Positions 10,071-20,445 of a stretch of 64,000 nt of DNA are shown in pieces. Every line of letters starts with the position of its first letter. The first letter of the stretch is position 1. The notes under the pieces were generated by a model. It searched no databases, was not told the DNA's origin, and saw only the letters and a program-made list of their open reading frames with translations. The position numbers were made by a program, and so were the translations under genes. Source of the stretch: a plasmid. Location: sequence record CP063550.1. One strand, written 5' to 3'.

Positions 10071-12794
10071 ATGCAGCGATTAAATGACTATCTTTATCAA
10101 CTAACATTGCTTTTGAAATCTACGCCTTCAGATAATTATTCAGCTCGCAGTATTTCGCAAGCTCTACAGTTGAATAGAAGTACAATCAGTAGCTACTTAA
10201 ATGAAGGTGTTCGTGAAGGGCTTTTCATAAAAGTAAAAAGTTACCCGGTTTTATTTTTACATAGAACAGCTCTTGAAGAACTACATATCACACTGAATAA
10301 CTCCGAAATAGAATCAATTGAAAGCTTGTTAACAATTTCTCAAAAACCCGCATTAGATCAAGTAATTGGCTCTAAAGGAAGTTTGAAAGAAGCAATTGAT
10401 CAAATTAAAACGGCAGTCTTATATCCTGGAAAAGGGTTGCCTTTATTATTGATCGGCGCTAGTGGATCAGGGAAAACCTTTCTAGCGAATAAAATATATG
10501 AATATGCAGTAGAAGAAAAGGTCATTCACACATCGGCACCTTTCATAGATTATAATTGTGCACAATATGTGAGCAATCCAGAGTTACTATCCTCTGCTTT
10601 ATTTGGCTACACGAAAGGAGCATTTACCGGAGCAAGCCAGGAGCATACTGGTTTGCTAGAAAAAGCCGATGGAGGAGTATTGTTTTTAGATGAAGTGCAT
10701 CGCTTATCTGAAGAAGGGCAAGAGAAATTATTTACATTTATGGATACGGGTGAATTCTCTCCTATGGGGGATAATAGTATTCGGAAAAAAGCCGATGTTC
10801 GATTAGTCTTTGCAACAACAGAAAATATATATACGACTTTCTTACCAACTTTTCTTAGGAGATTGCCAGTTATTGTTAATCTACCTAGATTTCAACAACG
10901 TCCGTCGTTTGAACGTCTGTCATTGATTGATGAATTTTTTGTTTCTGAGAGCCAAATTTTAGCTAAGGAACTATCTGTTTCTGATGCATTGATTCATTTC
11001 TTAATGAATAGTGATTTTGAAGGTAACGTGGGGAATATTAAAAATATTATCAAGTATGCTTGCGGAAACGCATATATCCACCAGAAGAGTCAGCAAACAA
11101 TTCAAGTTAAATTATTGGATATGCCTTTAGAGTACAGTTATAAATTCAAGGAGCAACTAAATAAACCCAGAAAGAAAAGAGCAGATCGAATCTACTATCC
11201 AGAAGAAACACGACAAGTGCAACTAGAAAGAAACAATCAGCTTTTTGTTCAATTTTTTGACCAATTACTTACTGGATTCTCTGAAGTGATTGAAAATAAC
11301 AAGGATATTAAACTATTTTTAGAAGAAATGGTTACCAAGGTAACACAAGTAATGGATACGCTTATTTTTCAAGAGGATTACGAAAAAGAGCAGTCTTTAT
11401 ACGCCATTCTAAACTATCATATTCGTCAAAGTATTGATTTTATGCGAGAAAGCTACGGGTTTGAACAAGATGGTAACCGGGTAGTCGCTTTGGCCAACTA
11501 TCTATATGTCAAGGATAATCAAGTGATTTTTGAAAATAGTCTTCAAGAAAAGAAAACCAAAGATCAGCTTAACGAATTTTTTGCTAATGTTCTTGAAACC
11601 CCTTATTGGTATGCAAAAAAAATCTTAAGCCTTTTATCTGAGTGTTTAGATCAACCTGTGTATGAAGAGGACATTTTCTTTATTACGCTATATTTTTATA
11701 GTTTGAATGTCACGAATGTTAAAACAGGTATTAAGAGTATTGTGCTAGCTCATGGTTATTCTACAGCTAGTAGTATGGCGAATGTTGCCAACCGTATGCT
11801 GAATAAGAACGTTTTTCAAGCTTATGATATGCCTTTAGATATTACATTAGAGAAAATTGAAGCAAAATTGATTCAATTCCTTGGAGATTATCGAACAGAT
11901 TCAGGCTTGATTTTATTGGTAGATATGGGTTCACTAAACCAACTAGGCGGTTTATTAGTGAATCATCTAAATGGACCACTGTTAATCATTGATCATATCA
12001 ATACACCGTTATTATTGGAAGTCGGCCAACAAGTATTAAACAATAAAAGTATCACCGAAATAGGAGCAGAAATTGAAACAAGTCTTACTTTCAAAAAGCA
12101 GTTACTACTTCCCAAGAAAAAGAAAAAGAAAGCCATCATTACTTGTTGTTATACAGGGATTGGTAGTGCGACCCAGATTCAGGAGATTTTAACGAAATGC
12201 TTGAAAGATGCAGTTAGAGAATTAGTAATTATTCCGTATGATTACAAAAAGCTGTTAGAAAACAAGAATTTTGAGACTCCTTTTCAATTATACGATGTCA
12301 TCATGATTGTAGGTACAGAAGATCCCAAAATTAATCAGATTCCATATATTGGATTAGATCGCCTGATTAATGGGGGAAGCATTGGCGAATTTGTTCATTA
12401 CTTGGAAAAAGAGCTGACTATTGAAGTGAACGATTTACAAAAAGAATTAATTTTCAATTTTTCAATTAGTAAAATTGTCGAAAATTTAACCATTTTGGAT
12501 CCAGATAAGGTGCTATCTTTTGTACAAAAAGCAATTAAAGAATTATCGAAGTTATTAAATTTTGATTTTTCTAATAATCAGCTGTTTTTGTTGTACCTTC
12601 ACTGTAGTTGTATGATTGAACGAATTGTACGTAAAGAAAGTGTGGATGAGCAAGAGGACATTGAAGAATATATGCAAGCAAATGGAGAAATAATGGATAA
12701 AATTCATAGCGCTTTTTTTGAGATTGAAAGGGAATACACAATTGAAATACCAGATTTAGAGTTGCGATTATTGAGCGATATTGTTCAAGGATAG
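10071..12794 (+). CDS. Sigma-54-dependent transcriptional activator of the LevR family (HTH, AAA+ sigma-54 interaction domain, PRD and EIIA/EIIB-like domains).
   Basis: It has the Walker A motif GASGSGKTFLA and the GAFTGA motif (KGAFTGAS). It is about 900 aa with PRD-like repeats, and sits next to a sigma-54 promoter and a mannose-family PTS. Confidence 0.8.
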   Translation: MQRLNDYLYQLTLLLKSTPSDNYSARSISQALQLNRSTISSYLNEGVREGLFIKVKSYPVLFLHRTALEELHITLNNSEIESIESLLTISQKPALDQVIGSKGSLKEAIDQIKTAVLYPGKGLPLLLIGASGSGKTFLANKIYEYAVEEKVIHTSAPFIDYNCAQYVSNPELLSSALFGYTKGAFTGASQEHTGLLEKADGGVLFLDEVHRLSEEGQEKLFTFMDTGEFSPMGDNSIRKKADVRLVFATTENIYTTFLPTFLRRLPVIVNLPRFQQRPSFERLSLIDEFFVSESQILAKELSVSDALIHFLMNSDFEGNVGNIKNIIKYACGNAYIHQKSQQTIQVKLLDMPLEYSYKFKEQLNKPRKKRADRIYYPEETRQVQLERNNQLFVQFFDQLLTGFSEVIENNKDIKLFLEEMVTKVTQVMDTLIFQEDYEKEQSLYAILNYHIRQSIDFMRESYGFEQDGNRVVALANYLYVKDNQVIFENSLQEKKTKDQLNEFFANVLETPYWYAKKILSLLSECLDQPVYEEDIFFITLYFYSLNVTNVKTGIKSIVLAHGYSTASSMANVANRMLNKNVFQAYDMPLDITLEKIEAKLIQFLGDYRTDSGLILLVDMGSLNQLGGLLVNHLNGPLLIIDHINTPLLLEVGQQVLNNKSITEIGAEIETSLTFKKQLLLPKKKKKKAIITCCYTGIGSATQIQEILTKCLKDAVRELVIIPYDYKKLLENKNFETPFQLYDVIMIVGTEDPKINQIPYIGLDRLINGGSIGEFVHYLEKELTIEVNDLQKELIFNFSISKIVENLTILDPDKVLSFVQKAIKELSKLLNFDFSNNQLFLLYLHCSCMIERIVRKESVDEQEDIEEYMQANGEIMDKIHSAFFEIEREYTIEIPDLELRLLSDIVQG

Positions 12795-12806
12795 GAGTGA
12801 ATTCGA

Positions 12807-13439
12807 ATGACAATGGGAGTAATTTTTGATATGGATGGGGTACTCATAGATAGCGAGACATTTTATTTTGAGAGAAGAATGAACTTCTTTCAAGAACTGG
12901 AGATAGATCCAGGATCAAACCAGATTGATGATTATGTGGGGAAAACAGAAGCTGCAATATGGGAAACATTAGTTCCTGAGGACAAATCATTAAGAGAGGA
13001 ACTTTATCCGAAATATGTAGATTATCGAAAAACGCATCCAATTGATTTCGCTAAAGCTTTACGAAAAGAAGTGAAACCGTTACTTGACTTCCTCAAGAAG
13101 CGGGATATACCATTGGCACTGGCATCTTCTTCTCCAGCTGTCGAGATAGAGAGTATGCTCATTCAATGTGAACTTACTGAATATTTTTCCTTTGTTATAA
13201 GTGGTGAGTCATTAAAACAAAGCAAACCACATCCCGAAATATATTTAAAAGCGAAACAGCAATTAGACTGTGACTTCTTTATTGCAGTAGAGGATTCAAC
13301 GATTGGTATTAAATCAGCAAAGGCAGCAAATATCTATACGGCGGCACTAAAACAACCAATGCAAATCGATCAGAGTGAAGCAGACATACAAATTGAAAGT
13401 CTACAAGAACTGGAACAAATTGTTTTAGAAAAAGGTTAG
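12807..13439 (+). CDS. HAD-IA family hydrolase/phosphatase (beta-phosphoglucomutase-like).
   Basis: It has the DxDG motif (IFDMDGVLIDSE), a distal sS/T block and a DxxxG(v/i)xxA block. Confidence 0.7.
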   Translation: MTMGVIFDMDGVLIDSETFYFERRMNFFQELEIDPGSNQIDDYVGKTEAAIWETLVPEDKSLREELYPKYVDYRKTHPIDFAKALRKEVKPLLDFLKKRDIPLALASSSPAVEIESMLIQCELTEYFSFVISGESLKQSKPHPEIYLKAKQQLDCDFFIAVEDSTIGIKSAKAANIYTAALKQPMQIDQSEADIQIESLQELEQIVLEKG

Positions 13440-13646
13440 TGAATTAATGGAAATAAGGCTATATATCTGTGCTAGCTATTTTGACTAACCAAAAAAACTT
13501 GCTATAATTCAGGTGTAGTAAAAGGTGCTGGTAACACCTTTTACGAAAATGCTTCGGCAGTGATAATGGGATTGGCTTTTTAAGTTTTTTATTTTGTTCG
13601 CAATCCCTAAGGTCATGTGAATGATCCTAGGGATTGCTAGAATATT

Positions 13647-13871
13647 TTGCAACAGAACCAAAATACGAATAGTTATCAAGCAGCCATATTGACTGCGGTC
13701 AATTTAGGAGGGGATACTGATACTACTGCTGCCGTAACTGGTGCTCTTGCGGGTATTCTTTACGGGGGTGAAGTGATCCCTGAAAATTGGAGAAAATCGC
13801 TTCAAAATGACCAGCTTCTTAAAACGATCAGTCAGAGATTTTGCGATACCGTGCTATCTCAAAGAATTTGA
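13647..13871 (+). pseudogene. C-terminal fragment of an ADP-ribosylglycohydrolase family protein.
   Basis: NLGGDTDTTAAVTGALAGILYG...IPENW is the conserved C-terminal block of that family. Only 74 aa remain. It is preceded by a solo IS6-like IR remnant. Confidence 0.55.
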
Positions 13872-13912
13872 ATAATGGATATGATGCAAATCTTGTTTGT
13901 ACTAACGTTGTA

Positions 13913-13941
13913 TTGACAAAAAGGATTTTATTTAGTACAAT
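13913..13941 (+). promoter_or_regulatory. Sigma-70-type promoter (TTGACA-17-TACAAT) for the relBE-like operon.
   Basis: Consensus -35 with 17-bp spacing to a near-consensus -10, about 30 bp upstream of the antitoxin start. Confidence 0.6.
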
Positions 13942-13972
13942 GTTAGTATAAATGATGAACGGAGGTAGAATC

Positions 13973-14206
13973 ATGTCTCAATCAACCATTACATTTAGGA
14001 TTCCCGACGATGAAAAAGAACTGGTATTAGAATATGCAAAAGCACACAATTCTTCATTGACCGAACTTTATCGAAATGCTGTACTGGATAAAATCGAAGA
14101 TGAAATCGATCTACGGACTTTACGGAGTGCAATTGAAGTTTCCAAAGAGAAAAAAGAGAGTGGTATTTCTCAAGAGGAAATGGAGAAACTGCTAAATGAA
14201 TTATAA
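13973..14206 (+). CDS. relB: RelB/DinJ-type (ribbon-helix-helix) antitoxin.
   Basis: 78 aa with an RHH-like N-terminus and an acidic C-terminus. It overlaps the toxin gene by 11 nt. A GGAGG RBS lies 7 nt upstream. Confidence 0.65.
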   Translation: MSQSTITFRIPDDEKELVLEYAKAHNSSLTELYRNAVLDKIEDEIDLRTLRSAIEVSKEKKESGISQEEMEKLLNEL

Positions 14207-14465
14207 AGTCATCTACATGCCGCAAGCCCAGAAGCAATTAAAAAAAATGGACAGAAACCAAGCTAAAATAATTGTCGCCTGGATCAGAAAGAATTTAGAA
14301 AACACGACTGACCCGCGTCAGCACGGAAAAGGTTTGACTGGAAATAAGAGTGGGGAATGGCGCTATCGAATTGGAAACTATCGAATATTGGCTAATATTT
14401 GTGATTCTGAAATTGAAATCCAGATATTCTCAATTGGACATAGAAGTACAATATATAAAAGATAA
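14196..14465 (+). CDS. relE: RelE/ParE-family toxin (type II TA).
   Basis: 89 aa with a ...WRYRIGNYRILANI... core typical of RelE/ParE. Its start overlaps the antitoxin stop. Confidence 0.7.
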   Translation: MNYKVIYMPQAQKQLKKMDRNQAKIIVAWIRKNLENTTDPRQHGKGLTGNKSGEWRYRIGNYRILANICDSEIEIQIFSIGHRSTIYKR

Positions 14466-14576
14466 CCGTTTTTGGAACGAAGTAGAGTTTCGAAAGTCAA
14501 TGTATAATCTTTTGAATTTTGCATAATACCACAGGTAGAAACTACCCGATACTATCGGTTGGTTTCTGCTTTTTTA

Positions 14577-16070
14577 TGGCTCTTTGTCAAATAGGACTGA
14601 TAGAGTGAGATAAGAACATCTAAGGTAGAATTCCTTTTCTACTTTAGATGTTTTTTGATTCATAGGTAATCAGATTATTTAGTAAGAAAATTCTGGTCTT
14701 CATTTTCCGAAAGCTTCGAAAGCCATAAGCGACTCGTTTCAATGCTTTGATGTGGGTATGCAGATTTTCTATTTTGGCATTTGAATAAGGCAATTCGAGG
14801 GCTAAACGAATGCCGGATTCATAGTTTATAAAAGCTTTTTTTATAGAATGCAGTTCTTTTGGAACGGAATTGGGCATCGTTCTTACAAGTTTAAAGAAAG
14901 TGTCCGCCTCTTTGTCGTGAAACGCTTGAAGAATTTCTTGATAGTAAAAATAGGCGATTCGTAATTCGTCAGAGATCGAAAGCAGACGATCCACCACTTC
15001 ACTTTCGGTGAGATACGCCCAACCAAAATTGCGCCATTTGGTCCATTTGTCATAAACAAGCTTGTCCTGTCGTTTGATCAGAAGCCGAGACAACGCCTTT
15101 AATTGTCGATAATATTTGGCTTGTGTTGGATCGTTTCGATCAAAGCTTTTCATGATTCGTACGCGAATATCCTCAAATTTACGAATGAGATGTTTGACAA
15201 TGTGAAAACGATCCACAACGAGTTTTGCCTTTGGAAAACATTCCTTTATCAGAGAGGCATAAGAAACATTCATGTCCGTCACGATGACCTTTACCTTCAA
15301 TCGTGCGCGTCGTTCAAATTGCATAAAATAAGAAACGAGAGCCTTTTTCTTCCGTGAAGGAAGAATATCCAGTAATTTTCCAGTATCGCCATCCATACAA
15401 GAAAAGGAGTAGGGACCGACTTGATTTTTCAGTGAACGAAATTCATCCATTAATAAACAACGCGGTAACCAATTTCTTTTTACTTTTGTCATGGGGATCA
15501 GAGAAGCGAGTGTCCGAGAAACGGTCGACCAAGAAACGCCGCAATGCTTAGCAATTGTCGTCATTGCTTGTTTTTCAGTTAGCTCTTCTAAAATTTTATA
15601 GCGCACTTGTTTAGCGATAAAGCAGTTTCTATCGACAATGTAGGTATTCGCCGTAAAATAGGTGTGGCAGCCACGACAGTGGTAGCGTTGTTTCGCTAAA
15701 GCAAGATAAGTCAGTTGGTTCGCACATTTATTAAGTTGAATGAGCGATTTTTTCTTTCCGTTCTTAACGATCATGCCTTCATGATTCATCTGTTTACACA
15801 AAGGACAGCGACGAATTTCTTTACTTAACGTCGCAGAAACAACAAGACTCTTGATATTCTTAATGCTCTTCGATTCCACATTTGTGATGAAAATGTTTTT
15901 ATCTTTGATTCCAAGTAGTAGTTTGATATGATGAAGATCAGGCATACAGAACGCTCCTTTGATTGTGTTGTGGTGATTCAATTCTAACGGAGCTTCTGTA
16001 TGTTTTGTTTTTTCATGCTCAAAAGGGACCGATAGAATGATTTTCTATCAGTCCTAGAAATTATAGAGCC
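14577..16070 (-). mobile_element. ISL3-family insertion sequence (445-aa transposase at 14644-15981) with terminal IRs and an 8-bp TSD, TTTTTTAT.
   Basis: The IRs are GGCTCTTTGTCAAATAGGACTGATAGA and GGCTCTATAATTTCTAGGACTGATAGA. The direct repeats ttttttat lie at 14569-14576 and 16071-16078. Confidence 0.8.
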
Positions 16071-16097
16071 TTTTTTATTTGGTCTTGAAGAAGAAAA

Positions 16098-18442
16098 GTA
16101 AGCGCCCCATAGAACAGTACCTGTACGTCAAATAACCCGACCTATAGAATAGAATCGGGAATGTTTGGCGTTTTTAGTTACGAGAAAAATGTTGTTGTAC
16201 ATCCTTGTTCCAAGGCAACAGTTGATCTAAAGTTTCTGCTGAAAGTACGGGAAGATTTGGTATCTTATCAAATAGAAACTCTAGATACTTTACAGGATTC
16301 AATCCGTTAAGTTCTGCTGTTTTATATACACTCAGAATGATTCCTGAAGTTCGTGCTCCTTCAAGACTTGTGGAATGCAACCAATTTTTCCGTCCTATCA
16401 CCAGCTCTTTGATATTTCGCTCCGCACGATTATTTGTGAGTTCTAAACGACCATCTTCAAAAATAGGTTCAAAACCACTTCGTAGTTTACACGCATATTG
16501 AACGGCTGCATCCAACTTGGATTTTGCAACAGGATCTATCGTTGCCATCCACTCATAAAAAGCAATAAATAATGGACGCAGTTCTTGTTGCCGACAGCTT
16601 AATCGCTTCTCAGGAGAAAAGTCTTTCCATTTCTTTTCTAGGACAAACCATTTATCCAATTGTTTGACTGCTTGAGCTGCGGGAATATCCGTGTTTTTCT
16701 TTCCTTTTGGAATTGCTTCGAAAAATTTCCGCCGAACATGCGCGAAACAATAGACAAGTCGTACACTTTCCACGGCATTATACCCGCTATAGCCGTCACA
16801 GTGTAAATACCCTGTAAACTCCTTGAGAAAAGTTTTCGGAACATCTCCAGCACGACTTTCGTCGTGGTGATAATAAACGATGGGATGCTGACTGTCTTTT
16901 CCTGTACAAAACTGCCAGTAATAGGTATCTGTTTTGGCACTTTCAATCACACGATAACTTGTTTCATCCCCGTGTAGAATCTCTTCTTGATTAAGATAGA
17001 CTCTTAATCGTTCTCCTAAAGGGTCTAACGCGTTTTGCACTGCTTTAATATGCCAATTGGTGATATTATCTCTCGAAATATCCAACCCATGTGTTTGTTT
17101 CCAATAGTTCTCTTGCCGATAGGCAGGAACTTTCTGACCAAATTTCATCCGGATCGTTTCCGCCACTAAACTATTGGAACCTAAGCTATTAGAAATCAAA
17201 GGTTTAGGAACGATCGCTTTTTTAAAAGAAGAAAGTCCTTCTTTTTCGCAGCTTTTACAACAATAGGTATGTTGATAATGGGTGAGACAATCCAACATAG
17301 CCTGATGGAAACGAATTTCTTCTCGTACTTTTGTCCGTCCGATATCTTTCATCTGTGAACCGCAATGTTCACAAAATTGTTCTTCCAAAGGAAGGAGATG
17401 TTCTTTCTCTGTTATAGGTAAGTGTTTGATTTTGTCTGCTTTCGTTCCTACAACTCGTTGATGTCCTTTTACTGGAATAATGGTGGCAGCTGCTTCTGGA
17501 ACACTTACAGAAATTTCTTCATCACTAAAAAGATTCAATTGCCCATTCGTTTCCTCAAAGAGAGTCTCTTTAGAGCGTCCAAATAATTTGTTGGTTAAAT
17601 AATTGACCTTTTCATTCAATAGTTGGATTTCAGTTGTAAGATTCTGAATGGTTTGTTGTTGTGCTTGATTGGTTTTATGGGCTTCTTGAAGCAACTGAAG
17701 CAACGTATCTGTAGTTTCCAAAATTTTTCACCACCTTGAATCGAACTGATTTTGTTACAGAATACCACAAGAAACGCACAAGAAATAGGGGTTCAACACA
17801 TTTTTTGTGTTAACCCCCCAGCTTAAAAAACTCCTTTTTTTCCTGGCAAAATAGCTCGAGGTTGATCGATACTTAATCCTTCTAACAACCATCGAACCTG
17901 TTGGTTCGTTAAGGTTCGAACTTCGTCTTTCGTCCGAGGCCATTTTAACTTGCCGTTTTCTATCCGCTTATAACAGAGAAGAAAACCATCACCGTCCCAA
18001 TAGAGAAGTTTGAAACGGTCTTGACGGTTCCCGCAAAATAAAAAAACGGCATCTTCGTAAAGCTCGAGTTGATACTCTTGTTGAATAAGACTGGCAAGAC
18101 CATCAATTCCTTTTCGCAAATCTGTTTTTCCGCACACAATATAAATATGTTTGGTTTGAAGTAAATCATAAAGCATTGGACAACAGTTCTTTCAAAATAG
18201 CTTGAAGAATATAATTGTTAATACCGTTATAGATCAAAACTTCAGAACCATTCTCTCTTTTGATGCGCATCGCTAACTTGGCAGCCGCGGGTTTACCTTT
18301 TTCTGGTGCACTCTTTTCGTTTCCTAATTGGACAGGAACAATCTCATTTAATTTATACATAGAAGACCTCCAGACTTCTTGATAGCTCAAGTATATCTTG
18401 AGGTGCATTTGTTAGTAAGGTACTGTTCTATGGGGCGCTTAC
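16098..18442 (-). mobile_element. IS66-family insertion sequence: tnpC 16174-17721, tnpB 17823-18176 and tnpA-like 18166-18408, all on the minus strand.
   Basis: The three-ORF organisation is typical of IS66. The terminal IRs gtaagcgccccatagaacagtacc sit at both ends (inverted). tnpC is 515 aa with a zinc-finger-like region and a DDE region. Confidence 0.75.
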
Positions 18443-19731
18443 GTTAAAAATGTTTTGCTATGACGAATCATAATTCGTAGTTTGAAATTGTAAAAGTTGC
18501 GAAAGCCGTACGCATTGCGTTTTAATACTTTGATGTGGTTGTTTAAGCATTCCAATGGTCCGTTTGAATAGCTGTAGTGAAGCGCATTTTGGATCTGTGG
18601 CAGAAACTTTTTAAACGTTCGTAAAGTGGTTGTATAGGTTTCTGGCAGACCGCTAATGTCTCTAGTTAAACAATCCTCAAATAGTGACTGATCTCTTTTC
18701 TTTACCGCATAAAGAATGTCTTGGTATAACTGATAGCCTTGGCGTAAGTTGGGACAAGCAGCTAACAGTCGATCGGCAATCTCACTTTCAGTCAAATAAT
18801 CTTTAAAACTGGCACGCCAAACCCGTTTTTCATAGTTTAACTTTGCTTCTTCTTTTTGTAGGAGTTTCCAATAGCGCTTCAATTTTTTCCCTAACCCTCG
18901 TTGAGAGTGGGAATTTCCTTTAAGTCGTACCGTGGTTTCTTTCACTCGATGATTCAAGAAAGTTCTGCCAATATGTTGGACGATGTGGAAACGATCGATG
19001 ATCAACTGAGCATTCGGGAAAAGCTTTTTCACCAACGAAACATAAGGCGCATACATATCAATAACAATCAATTGAACGGCTTCACGAGTCGCTAATGAAA
19101 ACCGAGAAAAATAGCGTTCTAAATAAGGCAAGCGTCGATTTTCGACAATATCCAATAATGCATGGCTTTGTCCGTCCATCATGATAAAACTCATTGCACT
19201 GGCAACACTTCGAACCGATTTGAATTCATCAAAGCATAAGACCTTTGGCAAAGTCTGTTTGAAAGGATTCAATGGGCGGTAGAATCGCTTCATGACACGA
19301 TAGACCGAAGAAGTGGAAATATTTTTCTGACGAGCGATTTCCGTCATGGAAGTATTCTCTTTTAAGCGAGCAATGACAGACCAACGAACTTTTTGACTAA
19401 TGAAACAGTGTTTTTCAGCAACAGAGGTATCCGCTACGAATGTTCTTTGGCAAGACTTACATTTAAATCGTTGTTTCTTCAGCTCCAGATAAGTGCGATA
19501 CTCAGACACATCATTCAGTAACAACCGAACGGTTGTCGTCCCCCAACGAATGATCCTAGAGGGGACGACACAAAGACAATGGGAACACTCTTCTGGCTTG
19601 TACAGAAGAGTTCCTTTGTAAATCAAGCAAATTTGCCCTTTGTATTTTTCTTTAGTTAAACAATTTTCCTCGAAATAGATATTTAGGTCTAGAATATTTA
19701 GGGTATCTTTGATAAGCTGAGTATGAGACAT
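18439..19731 (-). CDS. ISL3-family transposase (second, distinct ISL3 element). Its 3' terminus abuts or is truncated by the IS66 insertion.
   Basis: 430 aa with the ISL3 architecture (zinc-finger N-terminus plus DDE). The stop codon is formed by the IS66 IR sequence. Confidence 0.7.
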   Translation of the reverse strand: MSHTQLIKDTLNILDLNIYFEENCLTKEKYKGQICLIYKGTLLYKPEECSHCLCVVPSRIIRWGTTTVRLLLNDVSEYRTYLELKKQRFKCKSCQRTFVADTSVAEKHCFISQKVRWSVIARLKENTSMTEIARQKNISTSSVYRVMKRFYRPLNPFKQTLPKVLCFDEFKSVRSVASAMSFIMMDGQSHALLDIVENRRLPYLERYFSRFSLATREAVQLIVIDMYAPYVSLVKKLFPNAQLIIDRFHIVQHIGRTFLNHRVKETTVRLKGNSHSQRGLGKKLKRYWKLLQKEEAKLNYEKRVWRASFKDYLTESEIADRLLAACPNLRQGYQLYQDILYAVKKRDQSLFEDCLTRDISGLPETYTTTLRTFKKFLPQIQNALHYSYSNGPLECLNNHIKVLKRNAYGFRNFYNFKLRIMIRHSKTFLT

Positions 19732-20445
19732 CTTGAATCCTCCTATGAATTGGTAGCCAAATTAATTCTAAAGGATTTCAGGGTGTCTTTTCTATATTTT
19801 TTTTATACAAATAATTCACCAAAAAGGTGAGTAATGCCATTTTTGAAAATTGAGCTTGTTTTATGTCTACATCTGTATCCGTATATAATCCAAAGGATTA
19901 TAAACTCAGAAGAGTCTTTATTTTTTCTGAATATAACTACTGTATCAAAAACAATCGATTATGAGACAAAACAAAATGACCTCTTTTATTTAAGAAAGGA
20001 GGTCATTTTTTGTATCATAAATTGTATTAAAATCAATGTATCACTTTTTAATCAGTTTTAAGACCATAAATTGCGTACTAAAAGAAATTCTGCAATTCAA
20101 AATAAAGCATTTTAAGCCATTTTCAAATTTAAGTGCACCCATCTACCCGTCAAATCACTTTATTTTCCACTCCAGTAGTTTCCTAATTCAACTGTGTGCA
20201 AAAACGATTTCTTCTAAACAAATCAAGACAAACTTATAAACCTTCATCCCAGCACCATAATTATTTAAATCATAGGCATTTTTCGAAATTAGTATATGTA
20301 CTCAAGTTTCACTGCAGATTATTTATATTTTTTAGAGAAATAAATTTTTCCTATTGACAAACACAAAGAAAGCGGATACAATGCAATTATGTCACATGAC
20401 GTTATATGACGTTATGTGATATCTTTACATTTAATCAGTTACTTT

